A DNA stretch of 64,000 nucleotides, from NCBI GenBank assembly GCA_965113315.1, contig OZ220370.1; one strand, given 5' to 3'. Shown here in pieces: positions 35,331 through 47,582 of the stretch; position 1 is the stretch's first letter, and each line of letters begins with the position of its first letter. Source of the stretch: Podarcis vaucheri (Eukaryota). Under the pieces are notes generated by a model. It worked only from the letters and a program-made list of their open reading frames with translations, searched no databases and was not told where the DNA came from. Made by a program: the position numbers and the translations under genes.

Positions 35331-36390
35331 TACTGAGCTATGGCCCTTCACAAAATGCTTGCTTCCACACACACAGTCATACACAGAATATGGCACTCTC
35401 TGTTCATTTGTAAGGAATAATAAATGCCAACTCTTGTTTCTCTACTTCTAGTTACTGCTGCAAATTAATATTTCTGCCTCTGTTATAAACCAACATGAAA
35501 ATATATTTCCTTTCTACCTGAAAGAACACTCTCTGCTACTTCTTTTACTAGAGCTGTTTTTGAATAGATGGTTTCGACACTGTGGTCTTTCAGTGATATC
35601 CACAAAACCATTAAGGCTAATTTGTAGCATTCAGGCTTAAGCTAGCTGTGACCCCACTGGTTTAATTACAAGTACACCCACTAAATAGGTTGTGAGTCAC
35701 AGGCTGAAATGTAAGAGTTCAGAGGTATGCATCTGTTAAAGAAGAAAAAAAACCACCCTTGTTTGCCAGCCAAGACTCAGGCTGATCTATGAAGTCAGCC
35801 ATTCAAATGTGCTAACTAGCCTTTCCAACATGGCAATGATAGTAACCCCAATATTCTTGAAGGCATCAAAATAGATAACTGCTGCACAGGTAATTTAGCA
35901 ATAATCATGGTATAGTCACTATCGTGCATCTTAAGTATACCACATGGATTATATCTCAGGGATTTTTATGACATCCCTGGAAGATAGGACAGTGTTATTG
36001 TTGTTGTTATTATTATTATTATTAAGCATCACTGCTACTTCTGAGGTGGAGTGTAGTTTTAATAAACTTTTATGAAACCTTTTAGAAACTTCAGTTTCTG
36101 TTGTCTACCTGATGTGGCATATAGCTTTATATTGCACTTTACCTTTTGGTATTATTTGCCACCTAGGAACTTTTAGAGATGAAAGTGTGGGATATAAATT
36201 TAGCACATAAATAATACATTGGCCTCAGATTATACTCTGAGGTGTGCTAGGCTCACTCCGGTTCATCCTCAACCACCATGACCCTATATTGGCTTCCCCA
36301 AGTCCCACAGGATGCTCATGATAGCCCAGGCTGGATTCCCCAGGCCATATTTGCAATCCTGGGTGATTTCTTTCTGTCTTTCATAATCTA

Positions 36391-36742
36391 AAAAGGTAAA
36401 GGGACCCCTGACCATTAGGTCCAGTCGTGACCGACTCTGGGGTTGCAGTGCTCATCTTGCTTTATTGGCCAAGGGAGCCGGCATACAGCTTCCAGGTCAT
36501 GTGGCCAGCATGACTAAGCCACTTCTGGCGAACCAGAGCAGCACACAGAAACACCGTTTACCTTCCCGCCGGAGCGGTATCTATTTATCTACTTGCACTG
36601 TGACGAGCTTTCGAACTGCTAGGTTGGCAGGAGCAGGGACCGAGCAACGGGAGATCACCCCGTTGCGGGGATTCGAACCGCCGGCCTTCTGATCAGCAAG
36701 TCCTAGGCTCTGCGGTTTAACCCACAGCGCCACCCGTGTCCC
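36391..36742 (-). mobile_element. Sauria SINE, full length
   Basis: Same family as 10950; 12-bp TSD TTTCATAATCTA (36379-36390 / 36744-36755). Confidence 0.95.
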
Positions 36743-37085
36743 TTTTCATAATCTACCTTTCATCAAAAGAGCTCAGGGCAGTGTACATTAGGGTACATTA
36801 CTCTTCCCACCACCATCATTTTATCCTCAGAACAACCCTGTAACATGAGACATGATGACAGGCCCAAGGTTCCTGGATGACTGGGCATTTGAAACTGGAT
36901 CTCCTCCGCTCCTAGTCCAATGCTCTAGCCCAGGAGTGGAGAACCTAGTGATCTCCAGATGTTGTTAGACTCCAACTCATCCCTGATTGGCCAGGCTGGC
37001 TGGGGCTGATGGGAGCTGGGATGAAGCAACACCTGGAGGATCACAGATTCCCCACCCCACCTCTAACCACTACTCAAGAATGCCT

Positions 37086-37438
37086 TTGTTGTTTAGTTGT
37101 TTAGTCGTGTCCGACTCTTCGTGACCCCATGGACCAGAGCATGCCAGGCACTCCTGTCTTCCACTGCCTCCCGCAGTTTGGTCAAACTCATGCTGGTAGC
37201 TTCGAGAACACTCTGCAACCATCTCGTCCTCGGTCGTCCCCTTCTCCTTGCGCCCTCCATCTTTCCCAACATCAGGGTCTTTTCCAGGGAGTCTTCTCTT
37301 CTCATGAGGTGGCCAAAGTATTGCAGCCTCAGCTTCAGGATCTGTCCTTCCAGTGAGCACTCAGGGCTGATTTCCTTAAGAATAGATACATTTGATCTTC
37401 TTGCAGTACATGGAACTCTCAAGAGTCTCCTCCAGCAC
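37086..37438 (-). mobile_element. BovB LINE 3' fragment
   Basis: ORF 37093..37422 matches the C-terminus of 4952..5794. Confidence 0.95.
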
Positions 37439-38594
37439 CTTTATACCTTTCCAAATGCACAAGTAGTGGCATTTAATATTGTGGTGAGAGAGTTTGTAAT
37501 ACCTCCTTGTAGCTACTTCCCACACTTCCAGCTGTCCACCTAATGTCAAGACACACCAACATGAGCAAGTATTCATCCATTCCCTTGACTTCATGTTACC
37601 TTTAACCCCTTCTCAGCCAGCAGGGATGGAGAAATAAATGCAGGAGGTCTCCCACTGCGAGGCAACCATCTAACAGTATTGGGATTGCACCATAGTGGTG
37701 CTGTTTGCAAAGAATCCAGCTATCCAAATACCACACAGTCATCAGCCAAGAGAGAATGGGGTGAGGAGTATTTGCACCAGACTGTCACTTAATTTCATTT
37801 CTTGCAAATACATTTTTTGGTGAAAGGCCGCTTGCCGTCCTGAGCTCTCTTCCTGCACTCTGCAAGTGCAACGAAGCAAAGTGGCAGCCTCCAAGCTGTC
37901 TGCTTTCACTGTAGCCAAGATTTATTTACATAGCTTGTGGTGTGAGGTCTGAGTTTAAGTTCAGGGGGAAAAGGAAACATCTTTCAAATACATGTGTTTC
38001 ACCTTGCTTTAAAAATGCACCCTCCATTGTAACAATAATGTCTTCTGTCAACATGCATTATCTGACATACAATACATAGTCACTACCGTTAAAAGCTAGA
38101 TGTGTACGCCATGCCTTACTTAAATTCACCGCGATCGTTCCACTCTTGCCAATTTGGAGAACAAGGAATAATGAAAGTAGAAACATCACAAAGCAAACAC
38201 ATCTGCAATAAAGGCCCATTCAAAAAGAAAATGTCAACAGTAAGTGCAGCCCCTAGAGGTTTTCTTTTCATAAACGTTCCCTACACTATGCAAGTGTTTT
38301 AAACCATAGAAGACCTGCAGCAGGTAGATCATACAAATGCATTTCCATAAAAGTAGACTTAGGACTAGCACTTGTCAAATTACAGCTGGGTTTCAAGCCC
38401 CTACGGTAACATAGGCAAGGGAGTTTGAACCACTCCCAGGACGTGTGGTGGTTGGGACACAAATTATAGGTGTTACACGATCGTCACCATGAGATGAAGC
38501 TCCTGTCAGGCAATGCTGATTCACACTGTGAGTCATCACAGTTAATATAAAGCTTTGTACAGCTCAGGGCCCTGATATCTATCAGAGATCCTCT

Positions 38595-38810
38595 CTTGAT
38601 GTAGGCCTATCTGAACCCTTTGGTCTTCCACTGAGGACTTCCACTGGGTGCCCCCTCTGAGGGTCGTCAAGGGTGACCAGGGAGAGAGCCTTTTCTGTGG
38701 TGGCTTCCTACTTGTGGAAGGCTTTCCCTACTGAGGTCCACCTGGGAGCATCATTAGCATCCTGTCAGCAGCATGTAGAAATGTAACGCTTCTCCCAGGC
38801 ATTTGACAGA
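38595..38810 (+). mobile_element. Old L2 LINE fragment
   Basis: GAGAGAGCCTTTTCTGTGGTGGCTTCCTACTTGTGGAAGGCTTTCCC (RAFSVVA..LW..LP)...CCCAGGCATTTG. Confidence 0.65.
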
Positions 38811-39704
38811 TAAGGAATTTGCTATGTTTTTTGCCACTAAAGTTTTTGCTGATGCTTCATTGGGTCTGTTTTATATCTCATGTGGCTACCAAACAGTGCA
38901 TCAGCCAATGACATACATCTCCCCGGGATCTGCAGGATGAGCAAACGTAGCACAGTTTTACATGGTATGTTCATCTGCACAACCCATGCTGCTTTACGTT
39001 TAACCAAGTCAAGGAATGTTCAGCCTAGAGTGTCCTACCATATACCAGAACACTGAAGTGTTAAATGGTTTACTTCACAAAGACGCAAGATGATCCTAGC
39101 ACCCTGGGAGAAGAATTGGATTATTCTGACCATCTGCCTCCCACATTATCAGACTGAGACTTTAAACAGACAATGCCTGAAGAAGAAGAAAAGTTGCTTA
39201 GCTAACACCAATATTATTTGTCACTGCTGTCAACACTGAATTGAGTATCTTAAGCTAGTTTGAATTAAAAGATATTGCAGGCACTAAAATTAAAGTGCTA
39301 GACCTTACACAATAGGTCCACGTGGGACTTAAAATATATTAACAATACTGTGAGATTGCATATTAAGAGTAAGCTCTCACTGCTTACCCACCTGGACAAT
39401 ACATTTACAATTACTATTTCTTTTAAGCATTTACATATCACCCTCCATAAATATTTTTTCCCAGAAGTATGTTACAATGCAGATTAGAAAGAAAGCAATT
39501 TAATTTTAAAAAACCAGTAACATATAAAACAAGTAAATAATTGTCAGAGCAGCTGAGTGAAAAACACAGTTTATGTCCATTTCCTCCAACAACTTATTCA
39601 AATGCCTGTGAATGTCATAACCTCTTACTACAAATGTATTCAGGTACATACCATAAGAACATAAGATTCTGCTGTATCAAGCAACAGGCCCATCTCCCGT
39701 TCTC

Positions 39705-40565
39705 ACAGTGTCCAACTCTATGGCGCAACCCCATTTAGAATACTGCACACAGTTCTTGTTGCTTCACCTCATAAAGACTATTGTACAGCTGGAAAAGGTT
39801 CAGAAAAGAGCAATCAAAATGATCAAAGGGATGGAGCAACTCCCCTGTGAGGAAATGTTGCAGCATTTGGAGCTTTTCAGTTTAGTGAAAAGGCAAATAA
39901 GAGGAGACATGATAGAAGATTATAAAACTATATGTGGTGTGGGGAAAGCGGTTAGGAGAATCTTTTCTCCCTCTCTCTCCTAACACTAGAACTCGTAAGC
40001 ATCCAATGAAACTATATGTTGAAGGAATCAGGACAGACAAAAGGTGGCACTTCCTCACGCAGTGCGCAGCTAAACTATGAAACTTGGATAGCTTTAAAAG
40101 AGGACTGGGCAAATTCATGGATGATACGGCTATTGATGGCTACTAGCCATCCATGATTGGAGGCAGTACACTTCTGAATTACCAGCTGCTGCAAATTGCA
40201 GGAGAGGCAAGTGCACTTGGGTAGAGTGTTCTTGGGTAGAGTTTGGATTTGATATCCCGCTTTATCACTACCCGAGGGAGTCTCAAAGTGGCTAACATTC
40301 TCCTTTCCCTTCCTGCCCCACAACAAACACTCTGTGAGGTGAGTGGGGCTGAGAGACTTCAGAGAAGTGTGACTGGCCCAAGGTCACCCAGCAGCTGCAT
40401 GTGGAGGAGCGGAGTCGCAAACCCGGTTCACCAGATTACGAGTCTATTGCTCTTAACCACTACACCACACTGGCTCTTGTACTGCTTGTGGGCTCCCCAA
40501 AGACATCTGGCTGGCCACTGTGAGAACAGAATGCTGGACTAGTTGGGCTACTAGCATGGCTCTTC
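39705..40565 (+). mobile_element. Older CR1 LINE 3' region, interrupted by a SINE
   Basis: ORF 39708..39983 PHLEYCTQF...LEKVQKRAIKMIKGMEQL...RGDMIE; the CR1 3' UTR continues after 40474. Confidence 0.85.
40238..40476 (-). mobile_element. tRNA-head SINE with L2-type tail (Squam2-like)
   Basis: Minus strand AGAGCCAGTGTGGTGTAGTGGTTAAGAGC...GTGACCTTGGGCCAGTCAC...AAAGCGGGATATCAAATCCAAAC. Older relatives at ~30425-30570, 36760-36928, 44770-44990. Confidence 0.85.
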
Positions 40566-42317
40566 GTATGCAAACAGTGTATATCTCTCAAAGCAGGTGA
40601 AATATATTCCTTGCGAGCCATTCCCCTTAAAGTTCTGGCTGCACGGTGTTAAACCTTAGTGGAAGCAACCCAGTACTGTTCCCTGCGCTAAGCGGGCTCA
40701 ACAAATTATTTGGTTGTTGTATTTTGGACTAATCCTAGCTTCTGGACCACCTTCGAGGGTCAGAACATACTGCAGTAGTCAGACACGCAACACATTTACC
40801 CCTCATCCCTGTAACACATAGATACTAAACAAAAAACACCATATCGAAAGAAGGCAGCATAATATCCTACACAACCACAGGCCAATTCTTTGTGTTGCAG
40901 AGGCAGATGATAAAGGGGTCCCTAGCATAATAGCAGCATGATTGAATTACTCGTAAAAATGAGAGTGTGAAAAGTGAGATGGGTGCTGGTAACAGGCTTG
41001 GGCAGAATAAAATGAGCGTTAAGGAAAAGTAGGGGAAGACCTCAACATCAATGAGGGAGGGAGGTACATTGATTTTACAGAAACCTACAAGCCCCACACC
41101 TTAATCCCAAATTTCTGTTATGAGATCTCAAGTATAAGGTGGTATACAAATTAATAAAATTTTGCCAAATCATGCCCTTCCAAAAGCTTTTTTTAAGAAC
41201 AATAGCTAAGTATCAGTCACAAAAAGTTAGGAGGGCAAGCCTCTTTTAGTCCCCACCCCTAATCATAATCTATGCACTGGCAGAGAAGTATAAAACAGTA
41301 AATGAATGGAAAAGAAGGGAGGGGTGTGGCTAGGGAGGGGGTGTGGCCTTAAGGGCCAGATGAAGAGGCCTGAAGGGCCATATTTGCCCCTCATCCAGCC
41401 TGATGTTCCCCACCCCTGCTCAAGGGAGACACAGTCCATTGCCTTCATGAGTTGGTCACAATAAGCAATAAAATCAGGCTCAACTAGCTATAAGAACGAC
41501 CATGTTTACAGAGTAAACATGCTAGGATAATGCATACAAACTCACAAGGAAATGTCATTTTAAAGAATGTAATACAACTTTTTAAAACAATGTCACTTCA
41601 CGGGAAACCACCTTTTAATCAACACTTGACTAATTTGAAAGCTCTACCAGATCTCTCTCAGGCCAGATCCAATCTCCAGACTTGAACCTGGTCACCCTTG
41701 CTTTGAAGTAAAGGGAGCATCCAAGGATGAGAAAGCCAAGCAACAAAGGCAACCTTAGAGTCGGAAGAGTTACTTTCCTTTCCTTATATGCAGTGTGTCT
41801 AATTTATTTGTCCTCTGTTAGTCTTGGCTGCTTGCCATGCTTCCTGCGTCAGTTGCCAGCACTAGCATTGCCTTTGCCTAACAGAAGATTGCATGCCCTG
41901 TGATATAAGAGTTTAAGACAAGAGAATCTAAAGAGATCCACCTGGCACACCCATCAGCTCTTGTCCACCTACGTAGTGCATGCTGTCAAAGCCACATGAT
42001 ACAGATGGGCATGGAAGTTCACCCACGACTATTAAAGAAAACACACAGGAAGACTACTGGCCTCTCCAGTTTCTGCTACAGCAGCAAACCTCAGTTGACT
42101 CCTAGGCCTAATATTGAGGTCACGTTCCCCACACTGTACTTCTATGCTATACAGGAGCCTCTGAGTGTCTGGTTCACATACATCATCAGCTTATAGGTTT
42201 TCATAGGTTTATGTTTGCTCACCATGTGTAGAATCTTGGGTGGGACCAGGGACTATGTGCATTGTGAGTAGACTCCACTTGTCATGAAGAAAGACAGATA
42301 GACTGTGAGGGGGGGGG

Positions 42318-42486
42318 AGGGACTAGCTCAGTGGTAGAGTATCTGGCTTTCATGCAGAAGGTCCCTGGTTCAGTTCCTGGTATCTTCAGTTAGGGCTGGG
42401 AAAAACTGCCTGAAACCCTGAAGCGCCAGGGTAGACATCATTGAACTAGATGGACCAATAATCTGACATGGTGTTTCTAAGTTCTA
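42318..42486 (+). mobile_element. Squam3-like tRNA SINE
   Basis: TAGCTCAGTGGTAGAG (A box), GGTTCAGTTCC (B box), GAACTAGATGGACCAAT body. Confidence 0.8.
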
Positions 42487-42740
42487 TCTATATGTGTACA
42501 CAGAAGAAGCAGAAGATCATTTACAAGCCGATGACCCAGGTCTACTGTTACTGGGAGCCAATTTTGATACTGGCTTCTCCTGAATCCCATCACTAACAGA
42601 AAAGCCACCACATGTACAGAGCTTCCCAGGCCCTTAATGTTTGAAAAAAAGGCCTTCCAATATGGTCAAAATCCTGCAGCATGTTTCATTTCTGTTTATT
42701 GTAATTGTAACAGAAAATATGAGCAGACAGCACTTGACAG

Positions 42741-42918
42741 GAAGATAGGAAGATAGGAAGCTGCCTTACACCGAGTGAGAACACTGGTCCCTTTAGATCA
42801 GTATTATTACCTATTCTGACCAGCAGCATCTTTCAAAGGCTTCAGGCAGCAGATGTCCTCTTATCTGGAGATGAGAAGGACTGCATGCAAGGCACATGCA
42901 AGGCCACTGAGCTGTGGA
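42741..42918 (-). mobile_element. Squam3-like tRNA SINE (degenerate)
   Basis: ATAGGAAGCTGCCTTACAC tail and CCACTGAGCTG head. Confidence 0.7.
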
Positions 42919-45084
42919 CTTTCCTTCAATAGGTTTACACTAGGCGGTACAAATCTGAAATGAATCCTTCATGGGGATTATTCAGGGCAAGTCAGAAGTT
43001 ACATTCTTAATGGGAGACTCCATGGGAAATTTTGATGATGACAATGAAGAAGCCAGCTCTTGCTTCCTAAAGCAGGCAGATTGCAGTAATGACTAGTGAC
43101 TGCCAGCAACCAAGTGTTTCTATATTCCTCATTTAGAGGGTAACGTGAACAGGCACTGAAATTTCCTGAGCTTCTGATACATGTACCGATTTCTGCCCCA
43201 AATGAGGTTTGATGAGGACTTATCATAAGAGCACAAAGCAAATCCTACTGGATCAAACCAAAGGCTCCAGGATTCTCTGCCCACAGTAGCCACTTCCCAG
43301 ATGTTCCTGGGAAGTCCACAAGTAGGAAATGAACATGCTAGCACTCTCTGGCTTGTGTTCAGCACCAGTAACAGTAAGAGGCATACTGCAAGTAAATGCC
43401 ATAGTATGGTAAAATGCCCATCATAACCAGTCAACTCTGTGTGGCAGACGAGGTTGCTTACTGCAAGGGCATCTGGAGAAGTGCAGTATATATGCCTGCA
43501 AAGTATTCAGAGACATACCGCACCCCTCTGCGAGATCTCTGTCAGCAAGGGCCAAACCACCCAGAGGCAGGAATAAAGGGCAGGTTTTGACCACATTGCT
43601 ACACTGTTCCCATGTGTAGCCCACATGGCAAGCTGGTGGTGGTTATTCTAGTACCAGAGAATAAAAGTACCACCCTTTTTGCATAGCTCCACCCCCTCAT
43701 CTGCATAGTTTCTCCTCCATTCTGATTACGCAGTATGTTGGGAACGTTACATAAAATATATTGCTCATCTAATAAGTGTGTCCAAAGCTAGTATTGCATA
43801 TGGATTTGAACCCATAGTTGCCAAGCCTAATACTCTTTTCCACAAATCATGTTCAACCTCATGAGTTATGTGGGCAGCTTTTCCTCCCCCTTTTCCTTAA
43901 AGTAGGTAAATGTGTAAATCAGCAGCACAGGAAAGACTCATTCAGAAATCAATGTATACATCACAGCACATTCATTTCCTTGCTTCTCTGTCGTTTTGTT
44001 TTAATTAAACCAGTTTGTGAATGACATACTCCATTGTTGCAATGCAACAATGGTCTCGTACAAACAGCTCACGTCCCTTCTTAACCAACTCCTACCCATT
44101 AAGAAAGGCAAAGGGCATATTTGGTTTCACAACCTACTAAAATATATTTAAGAAGAAAGAAAAGCCATGATTGCAACTCCTTGCAAACAATGCAAGCAAT
44201 AAATGCAGTAAATTACTGTTGTGTGTAAGACAATATACTAATATTAACTGAAGCAATAGAATTAGAATACACACTCCCTCTGGGAACATTTCTCTCACAC
44301 TCCCCCCCCCTTTTAAGAAGGAAGTTGAGCACAGTCATAAATAAATCAGTGTGTTTGCTCTTGCTAGACTGGAATGACAGGTCCTCTAGGTACTGCTGCT
44401 TGCTTCGCTTTGACAATTGCTCACCGCATAGCAACACTCACTCTGAACCAAGAGGAGCTGTCAATATGAAATACAATGGTTCATCAGGACTCCCCTAAAT
44501 CAATATGGGACATCACGTAGTTGAGCAAATGGAACTTTCATGTTCAGAGCCAATACACCAATGAACACCATATGTTGAATGGTCATTACTTGCATGGTGG
44601 AACTCCAGAAGTTGGCCTCTGTTGGAAAGACAATGCTGAACTAGGCAATATCCAATAAGGCAATATCCAATAAGGCAATGGATAAAACGTTCTTTTCAGC
44701 TCAATTATTGGAGCTGTTGCCACTACTAGGCAATGGCTAGCAGTTTCTGGTGTGTAAACTAGATCTCAAGAGAGTCAGTGTGGTGTAGTGGTTAGTGTCG
44801 TCAGACTAGGACATGCAGACCAGGGTTCAAACCCACTCAGCCATGAAGACTACTAGGTGACCTCGGACCAGCCATTCACTCTCAGCCTAAGCTACCCCAC
44901 AAGGTTGTTCCGAGAAAACAATGAGGGGGAGGAGAACTATAAATGCCATATTGGGTGTGTTGGGGGGGGAAAGGGGGATATAAATCAAACAAACAGCTCC
45001 TGCTTTCCCAATAACTAGCACTTTGTGGCACCAACATTCCTTCTCTGTGTAGGGCACCCATGCCAAACAGGAACTTTTTGAGTA

Positions 45085-45310
45085 CAGTAGTACCTCGGGT
45101 TACATACACTTCAGGTTACAGACTCCGCTAACCCAGAAATAGTGCTTCAGGTTAAGAACTATGATTCAGGATGAGAACAGAAATCATGCTCCGGTGGTGC
45201 GGTGGCAGCAGGAGGCCCCATTAGCTAAAGTGGTGCTTCAGGTTAAGAACAGTTTCAGGTTAAGTACGGACCTCTGGAACGAATTAAGTACTTAACCCGA
45301 GGTACCACTG
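45085..45310. mobile_element. pogo/Tigger-like MITE
   Basis: CAGTAGTACCTCGGGTTA ... TAACCCGAGGTACCACTG; TA TSD. Confidence 0.92.
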
Positions 45311-45393
45311 TATTGGGCAGGGAGGGGAGTTGGTGAAAGTTTGGGAGAAGCTAACAACAGCTTTGGGAGAAGCTAACAGTTGTTGTTACCTAG

Positions 45394-45782
45394 TGTCATT
45401 GTCCTGTGCTACCAGCCACAGCAGAGCCCAGTGGAGGGAGAAGCCAGCCCACCAGCCAAGTATTGGGGGTACTTGCCTGGAGGCAGAGTCCATACACAAG
45501 GTTCAGTCTAGTCCTAAGGTCAGGAGTATCTCAATTCACATAGACGATCCGGGGGTCAAGAAAGTCAAGGGTCCAAGGTCACAAGAAGCAGCAAGGTCTG
45601 GCCAGGAACAATGAATGTTGTTTCCAGCAACTGGCTGAGGCTGGAAACCCTGCTTAAGAAAGCCAGAGCCAACTGGTTCTCATGAGGAGCAAGAAGGCTG
45701 GTCAGCAGCAGGTAGAGTCACTTTGCCTTCTGCTCCTTCAGGCTGCTTTTCAGCAGGTGAAGCCAATTCCTGGCCCATGACA
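45394..45782. mobile_element. Possible solo LTR (Gypsy-like)
   Basis: Bounded by TGTCAT...ATGACA (TG..CA inverted ends), ~390 bp, repeated AAGGTC/GGGTC motifs; TSD unclear. Confidence 0.4.
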
Positions 45783-45904
45783 ACTATTACTGAAGAGCTT
45801 TAGAAGAGTAGGGTGCCTGTTTCTCAACAGGCCTCACTTAACATACGGATTTAGCTTCTGTGTTGCAAATTCACCTTTGTATAATGTATTACTTTTTAAA
45901 GCAA

Positions 45905-46351
45905 TTACAGATAGGTAGCCGTGTTGGTCTGCCATAGTCAAAATAAAAAAATTCCTTCCAGTAGCACCTTAAAGACCAACTAAGTTAGTTCTTGGTATGA
46001 GCTTTCGTGTGCATGCACACTTCTTCAGATACACTGAAACAGAAGTTGCCAGGTCCTTCTATATAGTGAGAAGGTGGGGAGGGGTATTGCTCAGAAGGGT
46101 GGTGGGAATGGGAGGTTGGCAGATAGCTGAGATGAGCCTGTTGACGACTCTTAACGACTGTAATAGGTCTTACAGGAAAAGGCATGGGGTGAGAAGGTGA
46201 GAAATGGCTTAGTCATGTATAATGGGATAAGAATCCAATGTCTTTGTTCAAACCAGGTCTCTCCATGGTTTTAAGTTTGGTAATGAGTTGCAATTCAGCA
46301 GCTTCTCTTTCCAGTCTACTGGAAAGAGGTGCTACTGGAAGGAATTTTTTT
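45905..46351 (-). mobile_element. Penelope-like retroelement: GIY-YIG C-terminus plus pLTR plus short inverted pLTR piece
   Basis: Minus strand 46317-46213 translates RLEREAAELQLITKLKTMERPGLNKDIGFLSHYT* (PLE endonuclease end, PGLN motif). The pLTR carries a hammerhead motif. 46327-46351 is the reverse complement of ~45945-45969. Confidence 0.9.
45995..46032 (-). ncRNA. Minimal type-I hammerhead ribozyme motif in Penelope pLTR
   Basis: GUAU CUGAAGA A GUGUGC AU GCACAC GAAA GC UC AUAC: stem I GUAU/AUAC, core CUGANGA, stem II GUGUGC/GCACAC, GAAA, loopless palindromic stem III AGCU, CUC cleavage triplet. Confidence 0.75.
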
Positions 46352-47345
46352 AAGCAGAATTGTCATTGGTGTTACAATCCTCAAACATCACAGACAGATG
46401 TCTATATTATTTTGGATTTGGGGACGTGAATCCTGACACTGATGGGCTAAACTGCTGTGATAGTTTGGCTGCTCAGAAAACAAACGAGTTTGCAGTCCAG
46501 CTTCAACTGTCCTGTCCCTGGTCTCAAGCTCAGAGTTGGAGGAGGACGAGATAACTGGGACTGGGGCGTTTATATTACTTACTGAAGAACTGGACCAGTT
46601 TCCTTTTATGTTGGTCAGGAGCCCACAGACCCCAAACCAGGATTCTTGTGAATGCCTTTCTTTGAGGCCAGTTCACCTGAGGATCCAGGTACTGCCAGCT
46701 GTACCCTGCCCACCCAAAAACACAGGGAACATGCCAAGAAGACCACAAAGTGAAGTTCTTGTCATCAGGGGCTGGATCTTAAGGGTGGAATGAAGTGGAG
46801 CATAGTAAAGCTAGACTGGATAGAGGGACTTATTAAGGCCTTAGGTCAGAGATAGGGAACCTGTGGCCCTCTGAGTCCTGCTACACTACAGCTCCAATTA
46901 ACATTGACTGTTGGCCATGCTGGCTGGAGTTTATGGATGTTGGAGTCCAGAAACATTCCCGGAGGACCACAGGTTCCACTCCTGCCTTAGTTGGAGCAAG
47001 TTGTTCAGCTGGAGCTTTCCATGGTGCTGCAACCACCTTGCTTCATGGGCATCTACTTGCTAATGATGGTGAAAGAACATCAGTGAAAGAAGGACAAAAC
47101 TGTCAGTTTGGTTACGATTAAAACGTCACATGGAGTAGACTGACAACTGAGGAAGGGGTCCCAGATATAGAGAAGTTACAGGGCAGGAATCCTAGACACA
47201 AAGAATCTGGTGGGGAAATAGGCAGAGAAAGCAATGGATTGAGGAAATGGAACCTTTTTCGTTTGTAATCATTGGAATCATCTGATTCCAATGGGCAATT
47301 CCAAGTGGGGAAAGAAAAAATGCAAAGGAGACCATGAATATAGTA

Positions 47346-47582
47346 CAGTGGTACCTCGGGTTACATACACTTCAGGTTACGTACGCTTCACGTTACAGAC
47401 TCCGCTAACCCAGAAATATTACCTCGGGTTAAGAACTTTGCTTAAGGATGAGAACATAAATCGTGCTCCGGCGGCACAGCAGCAGCAGGAGGCCCCATTA
47501 ACTAAAGTGGTGCTTCAGGTTAAGAATCAGGTTAAGAACGGACCTCTGGAACGAATTAAGTACTTAACCTGAGGTACCACTG
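47346..47582. mobile_element. pogo/Tigger-like MITE
   Basis: Third copy of the CAGTGGTACCTCGGGTTA family. Confidence 0.9.

Larger units (their letters stand above)
34657..35346 (-). mobile_element. Squam3-like tRNA SINE split by nested insertions
   Basis: Tail AGGAAGCTGACTTATATTGAG at 34661, body TAGCTCAGTATTGTCTACA at 34885, head TGCTCTAC..ACTGAGCTATGGCCC at 35128/35332. Confidence 0.75.

Noticed and set aside
44642-44680. Short direct repeats (also 45340-45378, 8779-8800) as a CRISPR-like array
   Set aside because: Only 2-3 contiguous units without spacers; ordinary slippage duplications in eukaryotic DNA.
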